Shown here: one piece after another, positions 29,526-38,966 of the stretch
How the letters are laid out: each line of letters starts with the position of its first letter
Position numbering within the stretch: the stretch's first letter is position 1
IMG/VR virus record: IMGVR_UViG_3300020371_000006
DNA from: an uncultured virus (IMG/VR IMGVR_UViG_3300020371_000006)
Lineage: Duplodnaviria > Heunggongvirae > Uroviricota > Caudoviricetes > Kyanoviridae
Length of the DNA: 64,000 nt
Strand: one strand, 5' to 3'
Position numbers and translations under genes: made by a program
Notes under the pieces: model-generated
What the model saw: the letters and a program-made list of their open reading frames with translations, nothing else
What the model was told of the DNA's origin: nothing
Databases searched by the model: none

Positions 29526-30568
29526 AGATCCTCCTTATTACAGACCAACACTTCGGCGTCCGTAATGACAATCAGGTATTCATTGATAAGTACAGAGAGT
29601 TTTACACCAAGACAGTCATCCCATATATTAAGCGTAACAAAATCAAAACTGTTATCTGCTTAGGGGACACATTTGACAAACGCAAAAGCATCAACTTTCT
29701 TTCTCTTGATGCTGCTAAGCAAATGTGGTTCAAACCGCTTGCTGAACTTGGCGTCAACTTGTATATGATTCTGGGTAACCACGACATCTATTACAAGAAC
29801 ACCGTCAAAGTAAATGCACCGTCTCACTTGCTGGGTGAGTTTGATAACATCACTGTTATTGATCAACCTACGCATACCAAATTTGACAAGACGGACTTCC
29901 TTCTTCTTCCCTGGATGTGTGAGGAAAACAAGAAGGAATGTATGAATGTTGTTGCAGACAGCAAAGCGAAAGTCTGTCTTGGACACCTTGAACTCACGGG
30001 ATTTGAAGCAGTCCCTGGAGTTCGTATGGAACACGGGATGGATCCAGAACCATTTGAGAAGTTTGATCTCACCTGCTCTGGACACTTCCATATGAAATCA
30101 CGTCAAGGTAACATCCAATACCTTGGTAATCCTTACCAACTTTATTGGAATGACTTTGGACACACCCGTGGTTTTCACATCCTAAATACTGACACTCTGA
30201 CTCTTTCTTTCCACAAGAATCCTTATACCATCTTCAATAAACTATGGTATGATGACGTGAAAGATAACTATGAAGAACTCCCAGACTTCAAAAACCTGAA
30301 GGGTTCATACGTCAAAGTTGTCGTCCAGAATAGAGAAAACCAAGTTTGGTTTGATCGGTATATCAAAGCATTGAATGATGCTGACGTTGCTGATCTAAAA
30401 ATCATCGAAGATGTCACCGTTGAATTAGAAGACGTTGACGATTCCATCAAGATGGAAGACACGATGACTATTCTGGAAACTTACGTTGAGGGATTGGAAG
30501 AGGCGATTGACAAGAAAAATGTCACATCAATTCTAAAATCACTCTACGTTGAGGCATTAGATCTCTAA
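29522..30568 (+). CDS. g47: Recombination endonuclease gp47 (Mre11/SbcD-like)
   Basis: TDQHFG, LGDTFD, GNHD, SGHFH metallophosphoesterase motifs. Confidence 0.96.
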   Translation: MKILLITDQHFGVRNDNQVFIDKYREFYTKTVIPYIKRNKIKTVICLGDTFDKRKSINFLSLDAAKQMWFKPLAELGVNLYMILGNHDIYYKNTVKVNAPSHLLGEFDNITVIDQPTHTKFDKTDFLLLPWMCEENKKECMNVVADSKAKVCLGHLELTGFEAVPGVRMEHGMDPEPFEKFDLTCSGHFHMKSRQGNIQYLGNPYQLYWNDFGHTRGFHILNTDTLTLSFHKNPYTIFNKLWYDDVKDNYEELPDFKNLKGSYVKVVVQNRENQVWFDRYIKALNDADVADLKIIEDVTVELEDVDDSIKMEDTMTILETYVEGLEEAIDKKNVTSILKSLYVEALDL

Positions 30569-30822
30569 TGTATATTCTATTAGACGATAAAACGGGCGGT
30601 ATCTACGCTGTCAACAACGACGACACTGGTGTTAAAACAGTACAAATCTTTGTTGACAAAGAGGACGCCGAACGGTATAATCTAATGCTTGAGGCGGTTG
30701 ATTTCAGTCGCCGTCTTGAGATCACAGAAGTCGAACTAGAACTGGTGGTCCAAAACTGCCAAGTCCACGAGTATGATTATGTGATTATCAATCCAGATGA
30801 TGTTGTAGTTCCACCGTTATGA
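30568..30822 (+). CDS. Hypothetical protein between g47 and g46
   Basis: Coupled ORF ending DDVVVPP. Confidence 0.7.
   Translation: MYILLDDKTGGIYAVNNDDTGVKTVQIFVDKEDAERYNLMLEAVDFSRRLEITEVELELVVQNCQVHEYDYVIINPDDVVVPPL
30653..30681 (+). promoter_or_regulatory. Perfect sigma70 promoter inside a CDS, upstream of g46
   Basis: TTGACA, 17 nt, TATAAT. Confidence 0.75.
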
Positions 30823-32540
30823 TTATCTTTGAGAAGTTGCGTTGGAAAAATTTTCTTTCGACTGGTAATCAGTTTACAGAAATCGATCTAACCGCTACTC
30901 ACTCCACATTGATTGTGGGATCTAACGGTGCTGGTAAGTCCACTATGCTGGACGCCTTGTGCTTCTGTCTCTTCAACAAACCGTTTCGCAAGATTACCAA
31001 GTCACAACTTGTTAACACTGTTAACGAGCGGGAGACTCAGGTTGAGATTGAGTTTAGAATCGGTAGTGTAGAGTACAAGGTAGTAAGAGGAATCAAACCA
31101 AATGTCTTTGAGGTTTACCGTAACGGATCCCTTATTGATCAAGATGCCGCAAATAGGGACTATCAAAAGTACCTTGAGCAGAGCATACTTAAACTTAACT
31201 ACAAGTCTTTCACTCAAGTTGTTATTCTTGGTAGTTCAACTTTTGTTCCTTTTATGCAGTTGTCTGCTGCTCATCGAAGAGAAGTTATCGAAGATATTCT
31301 CGATATTCAAATCTTCTCCCAGATGAATTTCCTGCTAAAGGATCGGGTAAAAGAAACTAACCAAACACTGAAGGAGTGTCAGCATCAACTGGAACTCGCT
31401 TCTCAAGCAATCACCTCTCAGGAAAGAAACCTGGAGAAACTGACTGGTGCAAACCAAGACAGGATCAACTGGTTCCAGAAGAAGTTTGCTGAGAACGAAG
31501 ATCGGATGATTGAGATCAAAAATGAGATCTCCGAATTCGACAAGCAACTGAAGGTTATGGAAGATAGTTCTTTCAACCTCAGGAAAACAGAAGACAAGTT
31601 GCTGAAGCAGCAGACTATTAGAACTAAGATTGGTTCTAAGAAACAAAGACTCGATAATGATTACGAGTTCTTTAGCAACACTGACCAATGCCCAACCTGT
31701 TCTCAAAGCATTGGCGAAGAACTTCGTAGCACTAAGATGAAAGAACTTGGTGCTAAACGGGAAGAACTCAATACTGCTGTGTCGCAGTTGAGAGAAGAGA
31801 TTGACAAAACAAATCAACTTGTTGCAGACTTCCGTAAGGAATGTGAGAACATCACCGAGATGCAATTTGAGGTGAAGCGTTTGTTCAATGAAGAACAACG
31901 TTTGATGCGACAGAACACTGACATCATTGCTCAGGTTCGAGAGTTGAACAATCAACCCGACATTCAGGGAGAGAAAGAGTATCTCCAGAAACTGAAAAAT
32001 GATTTCAACACTAAAGAGATTGCTTGCTCTGGTGTTTCTAAAGAATCTTCCGATCTAAAACTTGTTGCAACTCTGCTGAAAGACGGCGGGATCAAATCTA
32101 AGATTATTTCTAAATACGTTCCTGTTATCAATCAGCGGATCAACAAGTACCTTGCTGATATGGACACCTACGTCAATTTCACTCTTGACGAAGAGTTCAG
32201 TGAGGTAATTAAATCACGACACCGTGATACCTTCTCTTACGCATCGTTTTCAGAAGGTGAAAAGCAAAAGATTGATCTCTCATTGCTTTTCACCTGGAGA
32301 CATATTGCTAAGATCAAGAACTCGGTAACGACAAACCTTCTCATCCTAGATGAAGTGTTTGATTCTAGCCTAGATAATCAGGCAACCGATGAACTTCTGA
32401 AAATCCTCAAGTCTTTAGGTGCTGACACAAACTTCTTTATCATTTCGCATAAGGGAGATGTCCTCCTAGATAAATTTGAAAGGACAATTTCATTTGAAAA
32501 GGTTAATGGATTTTCAAAAGCGTTCTCTGAGGGGCTTTAG
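30819..32540 (+). CDS. g46: Recombination ATPase gp46 (Rad50/SbcC-like)
   Basis: GSNGAGKST, CPTC zinc hook, FSEGEK, LILDEVFD motifs. Confidence 0.97.
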   Translation: MIIFEKLRWKNFLSTGNQFTEIDLTATHSTLIVGSNGAGKSTMLDALCFCLFNKPFRKITKSQLVNTVNERETQVEIEFRIGSVEYKVVRGIKPNVFEVYRNGSLIDQDAANRDYQKYLEQSILKLNYKSFTQVVILGSSTFVPFMQLSAAHRREVIEDILDIQIFSQMNFLLKDRVKETNQTLKECQHQLELASQAITSQERNLEKLTGANQDRINWFQKKFAENEDRMIEIKNEISEFDKQLKVMEDSSFNLRKTEDKLLKQQTIRTKIGSKKQRLDNDYEFFSNTDQCPTCSQSIGEELRSTKMKELGAKREELNTAVSQLREEIDKTNQLVADFRKECENITEMQFEVKRLFNEEQRLMRQNTDIIAQVRELNNQPDIQGEKEYLQKLKNDFNTKEIACSGVSKESSDLKLVATLLKDGGIKSKIISKYVPVINQRINKYLADMDTYVNFTLDEEFSEVIKSRHRDTFSYASFSEGEKQKIDLSLLFTWRHIAKIKNSVTTNLLILDEVFDSSLDNQATDELLKILKSLGADTNFFIISHKGDVLLDKFERTISFEKVNGFSKAFSEGL

Positions 32541-32603
32541 CTCAGTTGGTAGAGCGCCTGCTTTGCAAGCAGGATGTCAGGAGTTCGAGTCTCCTAAGCT
32601 CCA
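32531..32603 (+). tRNA. trnA: tRNA-Ala (anticodon UGC)
   Basis: GGGGCTT/AAGCTCC acceptor stem with the G3:U70 Ala determinant, D-arm AGCTCAGTTGGTAGAGC, anticodon arm CCTGC-TTTGCAA-GCAGG, T-loop GTTCGAGT. CCA not encoded. Confidence 0.95.
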
Positions 32604-32626
32604 TCGGAATCTGATGCTCGTTATGT

Positions 32627-33208
32627 ATGTTTGACATCCCGTTTTACGTTAGCAATGGTGAATACAACCGACACGATGATTTCAAAAAAGAAATCAAAGC
32701 ACGTCGGGAGGAATTCTGTTGCGACCTCACACGTTTCTATGGAACTGGATGGTCAAGCATACATTCCAACTGGAAACTCCACGAAGAATACCCCGACTTC
32801 GCGGAGTTTCTACTTTCTAAACAAGAATTATTTGATCCAGAACTTGAGGTTACGCACTGTTGGGTTAATGTCAATCCAAAAGGTGGTTACCAAATGCGGC
32901 ATAACCACGCCGAAGCAGATATTGCAGGTACCTATTATCTGGATGTTCCTGTTGGCAACTCAGGCGACCTATTTCTCTATCATCCTGCACCAGAGGTAGA
33001 GACACTCAACAGGATAAAACCATACTGGCCATACACACATTGTCAGATGCCTCGTGAAGGAGATCTGTATTTTTGGCCAGGTTACCAAGATCACGAGGTA
33101 AGATCCAATGAAACTGAGGAAGAACGATGGACCGTGAGTTTTATGATGAGCGTACCCAGAACCGTCCGAGAACAAAGATTTCCCAATTTGCCAGATCTGA
33201 CTTCTTGA
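32627..33208 (+). CDS. 2OG-Fe(II) oxygenase (HxH type)
   Basis: WVNVN..HNH..GTYY..FWPG..HEV..RWTVSF. Confidence 0.85.
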   Translation: MFDIPFYVSNGEYNRHDDFKKEIKARREEFCCDLTRFYGTGWSSIHSNWKLHEEYPDFAEFLLSKQELFDPELEVTHCWVNVNPKGGYQMRHNHAEADIAGTYYLDVPVGNSGDLFLYHPAPEVETLNRIKPYWPYTHCQMPREGDLYFWPGYQDHEVRSNETEEERWTVSFMMSVPRTVREQRFPNLPDLTS

Positions 33209-33774
33209 ATCCAACTTCTAAAGTAAAAGTCGAACTGTTCCCAGTTAACATTTACGTTTTCAATCATAGTAATCCTAAGATCGATTCTGAGATTGAGTCG
33301 ATACCACTTGACGATCCAGATATTTTATCTCACGTCTCTGAAGGTGCATCACAAGGAATCATACAAGGTTCTCATCAAGGGATGAATTCATTACAACTGT
33401 TTCGGAAGTATGAACTTCCAGAGTTAGTAGATTGGATCTATACTTGCTGTGATGTTATTGGTGAACCTTCTGCACTAATTCATCAATCTTGGGTCAATGC
33501 ATCCACAGGTGACAGTTTTCAAATAGCACACACTCACGCACATTCAAGGATGTCTGGGGTGTACTATCACAATACAATACCCGATCAGCACGGTGGTATC
33601 GTATTCAATAATCCAAATCCATATTCAAAGATGTGTATGTGGGGAACTGAAGAGGGTAGACACTTTCCTGCCACACCACGTACGCTAGTCCTGTTCCCGT
33701 CTTGGTTGGAACACAAAACTGTAAAGTCTCGAATAAATACTCCTAGAATTTCGATTGCTTTCAATGCGAGATGA
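33127..33774 (+). CDS. 2OG-Fe(II) oxygenase (HxH type)
   Basis: WVN..HTH..SGVYY..FPSWLEH..RISIAFN. True start may be near 33205. Confidence 0.85.
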   Translation: MDREFYDERTQNRPRTKISQFARSDFLNPTSKVKVELFPVNIYVFNHSNPKIDSEIESIPLDDPDILSHVSEGASQGIIQGSHQGMNSLQLFRKYELPELVDWIYTCCDVIGEPSALIHQSWVNASTGDSFQIAHTHAHSRMSGVYYHNTIPDQHGGIVFNNPNPYSKMCMWGTEEGRHFPATPRTLVLFPSWLEHKTVKSRINTPRISIAFNAR

Positions 33775-33947
33775 ATATCCCCAACTGGCAACACCACTCC
33801 AAGAAAGAGAGACACGGCAAGGGCACTTGTAAGGGACGACTCCGAGCAAGTAAACAACGCCGTAGACACTTGAAAAACTGTCTACTCAAGACCCCAGGCA
33901 ACCGCCAGGGGTCTTATACTTTGTATATACAAACAAAGGGGTTATGA
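33771..33947 (+). CDS. Small basic protein (58 aa), not in the ORF track
   Basis: MNIPNWQHHSKKE...; ATGA overlaps at both ends. Confidence 0.55.
   Translation: MNIPNWQHHSKKERHGKGTCKGRLRASKQRRRHLKNCLLKTPGNRQGSYTLYIQTKGL
33864..33920 (+). promoter_or_regulatory. Palindrome plus -10 promoter motif (copy 1)
   Basis: AGACACTT-GAAA-AACTGTCT then TATACT at 33915; AAGACCCC/GGGGTCTT hairpin in the spacer. Confidence 0.6.
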
Positions 33948-36082
33948 CAGTAAACACAGGAGTCAAAGGCACACTCGCTAAGTTGCTTGCAACTGAGGAC
34001 CTTATCATTGAGCACAGGCAGTGTGAAACTGCAGCGTTCGACGTACAGCGTCGTGTTCTCACACTTCCCGTCTGGGATCGTGCTTCTGAGAATGTCTATG
34101 ACCTGCTGGTATCTCACGAGGTTGGTCACGCTCTCTACACTCCTACAGAGTGGCAAAAATTCAAGTGCCCTCAGTCATTCGTCAATGTGACTGAAGATGC
34201 TCGTATCGAAAAGTTGATGAAGCGTCGTTACCAAGGTCTGCCCAAGACTTTCTTCAAAGGTTACCAAGAACTTAACGATGAAGACTTCTTCTGTGTAGGT
34301 GACAAGATTGCAGAGATCAATCTGATTGACCGTATCAATCTTCACTTTAAGATTGGCAACTATCGCAATATTCCTTTCACTCCTGAGGAGCAGGCATTCG
34401 TCAGAGCAACTGAAATTGCTGAGACCTTTGAGCAAGCAGTTGCTGTTGCAGAAGAAGTCTATGCATTTATGAAGCAGCAGCAAGAGGAGAAAGAGAAGCA
34501 GAAGATTGACATCAAACCTGAGCAGCAGGAAGACGGTCAAGTTCAGGGCGAGACTGTTCCTACTGAAAGTAGTTCTGATTCCGAAAACTCTGAAGAGGAG
34601 TCAGATGATGCTGAGTCTAAGTTCGATCAAGATTATGAAGATGTAGATCTTGAGATCGAAAACAATCAAGGTGGTAATGATCCACTAGAGGCAAACACGG
34701 ACAAGGCACTCACTGAGCGTCTTAAGGATCTGATCAACAATGAAAAGTATCAGCACGATACTGAGTATATTGAGATCCCTGTTGTCAACGAAGACCAACT
34801 TGTTGTTGGTTGGAAAAAGATTGTTGAGCAATCTGAGTTGAACTTTACCAGGGAAGATCAACCCGAATGGATCGTTGCTGACATTGATAAGTCTGCTGTA
34901 GATTTCAAAGAGTTCCAAAAGAAGTCACAGCAGGAAGTCAACTTCTTGGTCAAAGAGTTTGAGTGTCGTAAGGCAGCAGATGCATATGCTCGTACAAGCA
35001 GTGCTCGTACTGGTGTTCTTGACACTGCTAAACTCCACACTTACAAGTACAACGATGACATCTTCAAGCGTATCAACGTTGTTCCTGATGGTAAGAATCA
35101 CGGGATGATCTTCATCCTGGACTGGTCTGGTTCTATGTCCAACTGCCTTATGGATACTGTCAAGCAAGTGTTGCAACTTACTTGGTTCTGCCGCAAGGTA
35201 AACATCCCATTCAAGGTTCTTGCTTTTTCATATGCTTGGGGTGCATTCAATCAGATGGACGGATCTATGAATGATCGTTTTGATCGTGTCGCTGGTCGTA
35301 TCGCATTCGGTTCTGGATTCGCTCTGCTAGAGATGCTCTCCTCAGAATGCACAACTAAGGAGTTCAACCGTCAAGCACTGTGCCTCTGGAGGAACGCTGG
35401 TTCGGTTTCCAGTAACACCGCAACCTGGGGTCGTTACTATTCATTCAACACAACTCCTGGACTGTCCCTCTCAGGCACTCCATTGATCGAAACTATCAGT
35501 GCACTACATTCGATCATCCCTGGGTTTGTGAAGCGTCACGCTCTCCAGAAGTGCTCTGTCACGATCCTTACTGATGGTGAGTCCAGTCCTGCATCTATTT
35601 TCTCTCAGAGCGACTACCTTGGTGGACGTGTCTACGAGAATATGTACGGTCGTCGTGCACAACTTCGTGACCGCAAGACTGGTAAGATCTACCGCAAGAT
35701 GGAGAACCCCCTTGAGCAGGTCAACATCTTCCTAGAGAACCTCAAGGATGTGTTCCCTCAGGTCTCACTGCTTGGGTTCCGTCTCTGTGCTCCTCGTGAC
35801 GTTCGTAACTATCTGTGGAACTGTCACTATATGAAGTATATGACTGAGGATGTCAACGCTGTTCACAGCAAGTTCAAGAAGGAGAAGTTCTATGAAATTA
35901 AGAACTCCCCCTATGATGCTCTCTATGTTCTTCCTGCTAATACTCAGGAAACTGGAGGTGAACTTGACAAGTTGGATGAAGAAGCAACCACCAGTCAGAT
36001 CCGTACTGCATTCAAAAAAATGAATAGGGGCAAGTCTGCTAACAAGCGTATGCTCAACTCCTTCGCGAGGACAGTTGCATAA
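33944..36082 (+). CDS. HEXXH peptidase plus vWA (CobT-like) protein
   Basis: HEVGH, NVTEDARIE, acidic linker, MIDAS DWSGSM, GTP, LTDGE. Confidence 0.85.
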   Translation: MTVNTGVKGTLAKLLATEDLIIEHRQCETAAFDVQRRVLTLPVWDRASENVYDLLVSHEVGHALYTPTEWQKFKCPQSFVNVTEDARIEKLMKRRYQGLPKTFFKGYQELNDEDFFCVGDKIAEINLIDRINLHFKIGNYRNIPFTPEEQAFVRATEIAETFEQAVAVAEEVYAFMKQQQEEKEKQKIDIKPEQQEDGQVQGETVPTESSSDSENSEEESDDAESKFDQDYEDVDLEIENNQGGNDPLEANTDKALTERLKDLINNEKYQHDTEYIEIPVVNEDQLVVGWKKIVEQSELNFTREDQPEWIVADIDKSAVDFKEFQKKSQQEVNFLVKEFECRKAADAYARTSSARTGVLDTAKLHTYKYNDDIFKRINVVPDGKNHGMIFILDWSGSMSNCLMDTVKQVLQLTWFCRKVNIPFKVLAFSYAWGAFNQMDGSMNDRFDRVAGRIAFGSGFALLEMLSSECTTKEFNRQALCLWRNAGSVSSNTATWGRYYSFNTTPGLSLSGTPLIETISALHSIIPGFVKRHALQKCSVTILTDGESSPASIFSQSDYLGGRVYENMYGRRAQLRDRKTGKIYRKMENPLEQVNIFLENLKDVFPQVSLLGFRLCAPRDVRNYLWNCHYMKYMTEDVNAVHSKFKKEKFYEIKNSPYDALYVLPANTQETGGELDKLDEEATTSQIRTAFKKMNRGKSANKRMLNSFARTVA

Positions 36083-36126
36083 GTGGCACAGTTCATCCCC
36101 GCATCCCCGTCTCCCGACGCTATACT
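36069..36126 (+). promoter_or_regulatory. Palindrome plus -10 promoter motif (copy 2)
   Basis: GGACAGTT-GCAT-AAGTGGCA then TATACT at 36121. Confidence 0.6.
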
Positions 36127-36151
36127 AATTACATACAAACAAAACAAACAA

Positions 36152-37228
36152 ATGTTCGCACCTCATCCTGTCACTACACAAGACATCGTTTCTTTCCTCT
36201 CTAAGCACGGCGAGCAAGTCGGCACTCCCGAACTGCTTTCTGCTGCTGAGCACTTCGACTGTTCTTTCGCAACTGTCAAGAAGCGTCTTAAGGATCACAA
36301 GGCAGGTATCGGTAAGTGGAACCTGACTATTGCTGAGAAACTTGAGAAAACCTATCAAGCAACAGCAGCAACTCCTGCTGTAGATAAAGTTTCTTTGGTT
36401 CCTTCTAAAGACGAAAACTACATCCCATTCGGAAACTTCAATTCCATTAAGAAGATCATCAAGTCTGGTATCTTCTATCCTACTTACATCCAAGGTCTGT
36501 CTGGAAACGGTAAAACTTTCGGTGTGGAGCAAGCGTGTGCTCAACTAAATAGGGAGTTGATTCGCGTTAACATCACCATTGAAACCGACGAGGATGATCT
36601 TATTGGTGGTTTCCGTCTTGTTGATGGCAACACTGTTTGGCACAACGGACCAGTCGTCGATGCTCTGGAACGCGGAGCAGTGCTGCTTCTAGATGAAGTG
36701 GACTTGTCCTCCAATAAGATCCTCTGTTTGCAGTCTGTCCTTGAAGGCAAAGGTGTCTTCTTGAAGAAAATCGGTAAGTACGTTCAACCAAAAGAGGGTT
36801 TCAATGTTATTGCAACTGCAAATACTAAAGGTAAAGGCAGCGATGACGGTCGCTTTGTTGGAACTAACGTTCTCAACGAAGCATTCCTAGAGCGTTTTGC
36901 CATTACACTTGAGCAGGACTATCCGTCCGTCGTGACCGAAACCAAGATCCTTAGCAAGATCTGTGGTGATAAGGATTTCTGTGGTCGCCTTGCTGACTGG
37001 GCAAGCATCATTCGCAAGACCTTCCAAGAGGGTGGTATTGACGAAGTGATCTCTACTCGTCGCTTGGTCCACATTGTGAAGGCATTCGCTATCTTCGGTT
37101 CCAAGGAAGATGCCATCAAGTACAGCATCAATCGTTTCGATGATGAAACTAAGCAGGCATTCCTTGAACTCTATGATAAGATCGATAACGACTTCGACAA
37201 GGACGGTAATCCTGAACTTCTTGGTTGA
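36152..37228 (+). CDS. cobS: MoxR-family AAA+ ATPase (usually annotated CobS in cyanophages)
   Basis: GLSGNGKT, LLLDEVD, ATANTKG, NEAFLERF, STRRLV. Start at ATG 36152. Confidence 0.9.
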   Translation: MFAPHPVTTQDIVSFLSKHGEQVGTPELLSAAEHFDCSFATVKKRLKDHKAGIGKWNLTIAEKLEKTYQATAATPAVDKVSLVPSKDENYIPFGNFNSIKKIIKSGIFYPTYIQGLSGNGKTFGVEQACAQLNRELIRVNITIETDEDDLIGGFRLVDGNTVWHNGPVVDALERGAVLLLDEVDLSSNKILCLQSVLEGKGVFLKKIGKYVQPKEGFNVIATANTKGKGSDDGRFVGTNVLNEAFLERFAITLEQDYPSVVTETKILSKICGDKDFCGRLADWASIIRKTFQEGGIDEVISTRRLVHIVKAFAIFGSKEDAIKYSINRFDDETKQAFLELYDKIDNDFDKDGNPELLG

Positions 37229-37253
37229 CGCGATTCACACAGTAGTGTACAAT
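37225..37253 (+). promoter_or_regulatory. sigma70-type promoter for the g45 operon
   Basis: TTGACG, 17 nt, TACAAT. Confidence 0.7.
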
Positions 37254-37263
37254 TAAACGATCT

Positions 37264-37428
37264 ATGGATCTTCCGATCTCTGATAAAGAACTGGTAACCA
37301 TCATCGCTGCCCTCAAACTGGGTGGCGATACCAGTCTTCACAACAAACTCCGCCTTGTAGCAGAACTGCGAGAACAAGGCAAACCCTATAAGAAAATTCT
37401 TCGTGAACAGTACGGTTATGTCGTTTAA
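37264..37428 (+). CDS. Small hypothetical protein (54 aa)
   Basis: MDLPISDKELVTIIAALKLGGD... immediately downstream of the promoter. Confidence 0.6.
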   Translation: MDLPISDKELVTIIAALKLGGDTSLHNKLRLVAELREQGKPYKKILREQYGYVV

Positions 37429-37699
37429 GTATGACGAGGAACGGATTCTAAAGGAAGTTCGTGATTACATCACAGGCACCTACGGTGCACATTACTCTTC
37501 CGATAACATCCAAACCCTCGATTTGATTGAATCTGTTGGTGACGCGGAGGCATTCTGCAGATCCAACATCCTAAAATATGCCTCTCGCTATGATAAGAAG
37601 GGCACAGCAAGGAGGGACATCATTAAGATCATCCACTACGCTATGCTCCTCCTCCACTTCTCCGATAAATCCGCACAAACTGAAAGTTATCCTCAATGA
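37418..37699 (+). CDS. Conserved phage protein (DUF3310-like)
   Basis: HYS..QTLDLI..FCRSNILKYASRYDKKG..DIIKIIHY. Confidence 0.7.
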   Translation: MSFKYDEERILKEVRDYITGTYGAHYSSDNIQTLDLIESVGDAEAFCRSNILKYASRYDKKGTARRDIIKIIHYAMLLLHFSDKSAQTESYPQ

Positions 37700-38373
37700 G
37701 CGTTGTCAAACTTACTAAGAAAACTGAGAACATCCTCAAGAATTTCGCTACGATTAACAAGTCTATCATTGTTACTCCTGGCAACAAATTGCGTACGATG
37801 TCTGTCGGCAAGAATATCTTTGGTATTGCTAAGATTCCTGAAGACATCCCTCGGCAAGTCGCGATTTATGATCTGGGGCAGTTCCTCAGTTGTCTCTCGC
37901 TGCATCAGACTCCAGTGTTTGACTTCCGTGCGGAGAAGAAAGTTACAGTTACAGATCAGACATCTGCGACTACAACAACGTTCTTCGATGCAGACCCATC
38001 CACCATCCAGTCTCCGCCGAACAAAGAGATAGAGATGCCTGACATCGATGTGGAGTTTGAACTTCGCACCGACACTCTCAACGATCTGATGAGAGCAGCA
38101 AGCATCCTGGGTGTTCCTGATCTGTGCCTTTTCAACAAAGGTGAGAACGTACAACTTATGGTTTGTGATAAGAAGAACGAAACTTCTAACACCTTCTCTG
38201 CTATTGTTGGTAAGCACAATCCTGAAGTTGCTGACTTCTGTTACTGCTTCAAAGTTGAGAACATTCGACTGATGCCTGGTGACTATAAAGTCAGTGTTGC
38301 TAAGAACAAAGTTAGTCACTTTGTTTCTGCTGATGGCAACCTCGAATATTACATTGCTCTAGAACCTTCGTGA
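37696..38373 (+). CDS. g45: Sliding clamp gp45
   Basis: ILKNFATINKSI, IYDLGQFL, YYIALEP motifs. Confidence 0.95.
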   Translation: MSVVKLTKKTENILKNFATINKSIIVTPGNKLRTMSVGKNIFGIAKIPEDIPRQVAIYDLGQFLSCLSLHQTPVFDFRAEKKVTVTDQTSATTTTFFDADPSTIQSPPNKEIEMPDIDVEFELRTDTLNDLMRAASILGVPDLCLFNKGENVQLMVCDKKNETSNTFSAIVGKHNPEVADFCYCFKVENIRLMPGDYKVSVAKNKVSHFVSADGNLEYYIALEPS

Positions 38374-38966
38374 TCCAAAAATTTGATGATCTATTCCAAG
38401 TTCCTGTTTACCGCGCTCCAGTCCCAAACTGGGGTACGACTCTCAAGTCTGATTTCCTCAATCTTGTTGATTGGGATGACCGTGAGTGCCACGCAGGACA
38501 CTGGTTTGATCCTGTAGAGTCTAGTCAGGATGTCTGTGCGTACACTGATTACTACAAGTATTATGATGCAGGAGTACAACCAGACTACTTCCCTAACCTC
38601 CTTAAAGTCCTGAGGCAACCTCTTCAGGAGTTCCAGCAACTCCACCCTGGTGCCACCGTAGACAATGCTTGGTGTCAGCGGTATACTGAAACTGCCTGCC
38701 ACCCAGCACACAACCACGGTGCTATTGGTTACTCAGCAGTGTTCTATGCACAACTCAGTAGAGGTGCTTCACCTACTGCTTTCTTCTCACCAGTGGCAGA
38801 TCCCTGGACGGGACAAATTGAAACCATTGTTCCGCCCTGTGTCGAAGGTGACATTATTTTCTTCCCTTCGTATATGATCCACCAATCTCTACCACATCGT
38901 GATAGTATTGATAAGGTGATCTTCAGTTTCAACCTTTCCAAATCTCAAGAACAAATTTTGATATGA
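38370..38966 (+). CDS. 2OG-Fe(II) oxygenase (HxH type)
   Basis: WCQRY..HNH..EGDIIFFPSYMIH..FSFN. Confidence 0.8.
   Translation: MIQKFDDLFQVPVYRAPVPNWGTTLKSDFLNLVDWDDRECHAGHWFDPVESSQDVCAYTDYYKYYDAGVQPDYFPNLLKVLRQPLQEFQQLHPGATVDNAWCQRYTETACHPAHNHGAIGYSAVFYAQLSRGASPTAFFSPVADPWTGQIETIVPPCVEGDIIFFPSYMIHQSLPHRDSIDKVIFSFNLSKSQEQILI

Noticed and set aside
36152..37228. Cobalamin biosynthesis role for 'cobS'
   Set aside because: No cobN or other cob genes in the window; the partner is a peptidase-vWA protein.
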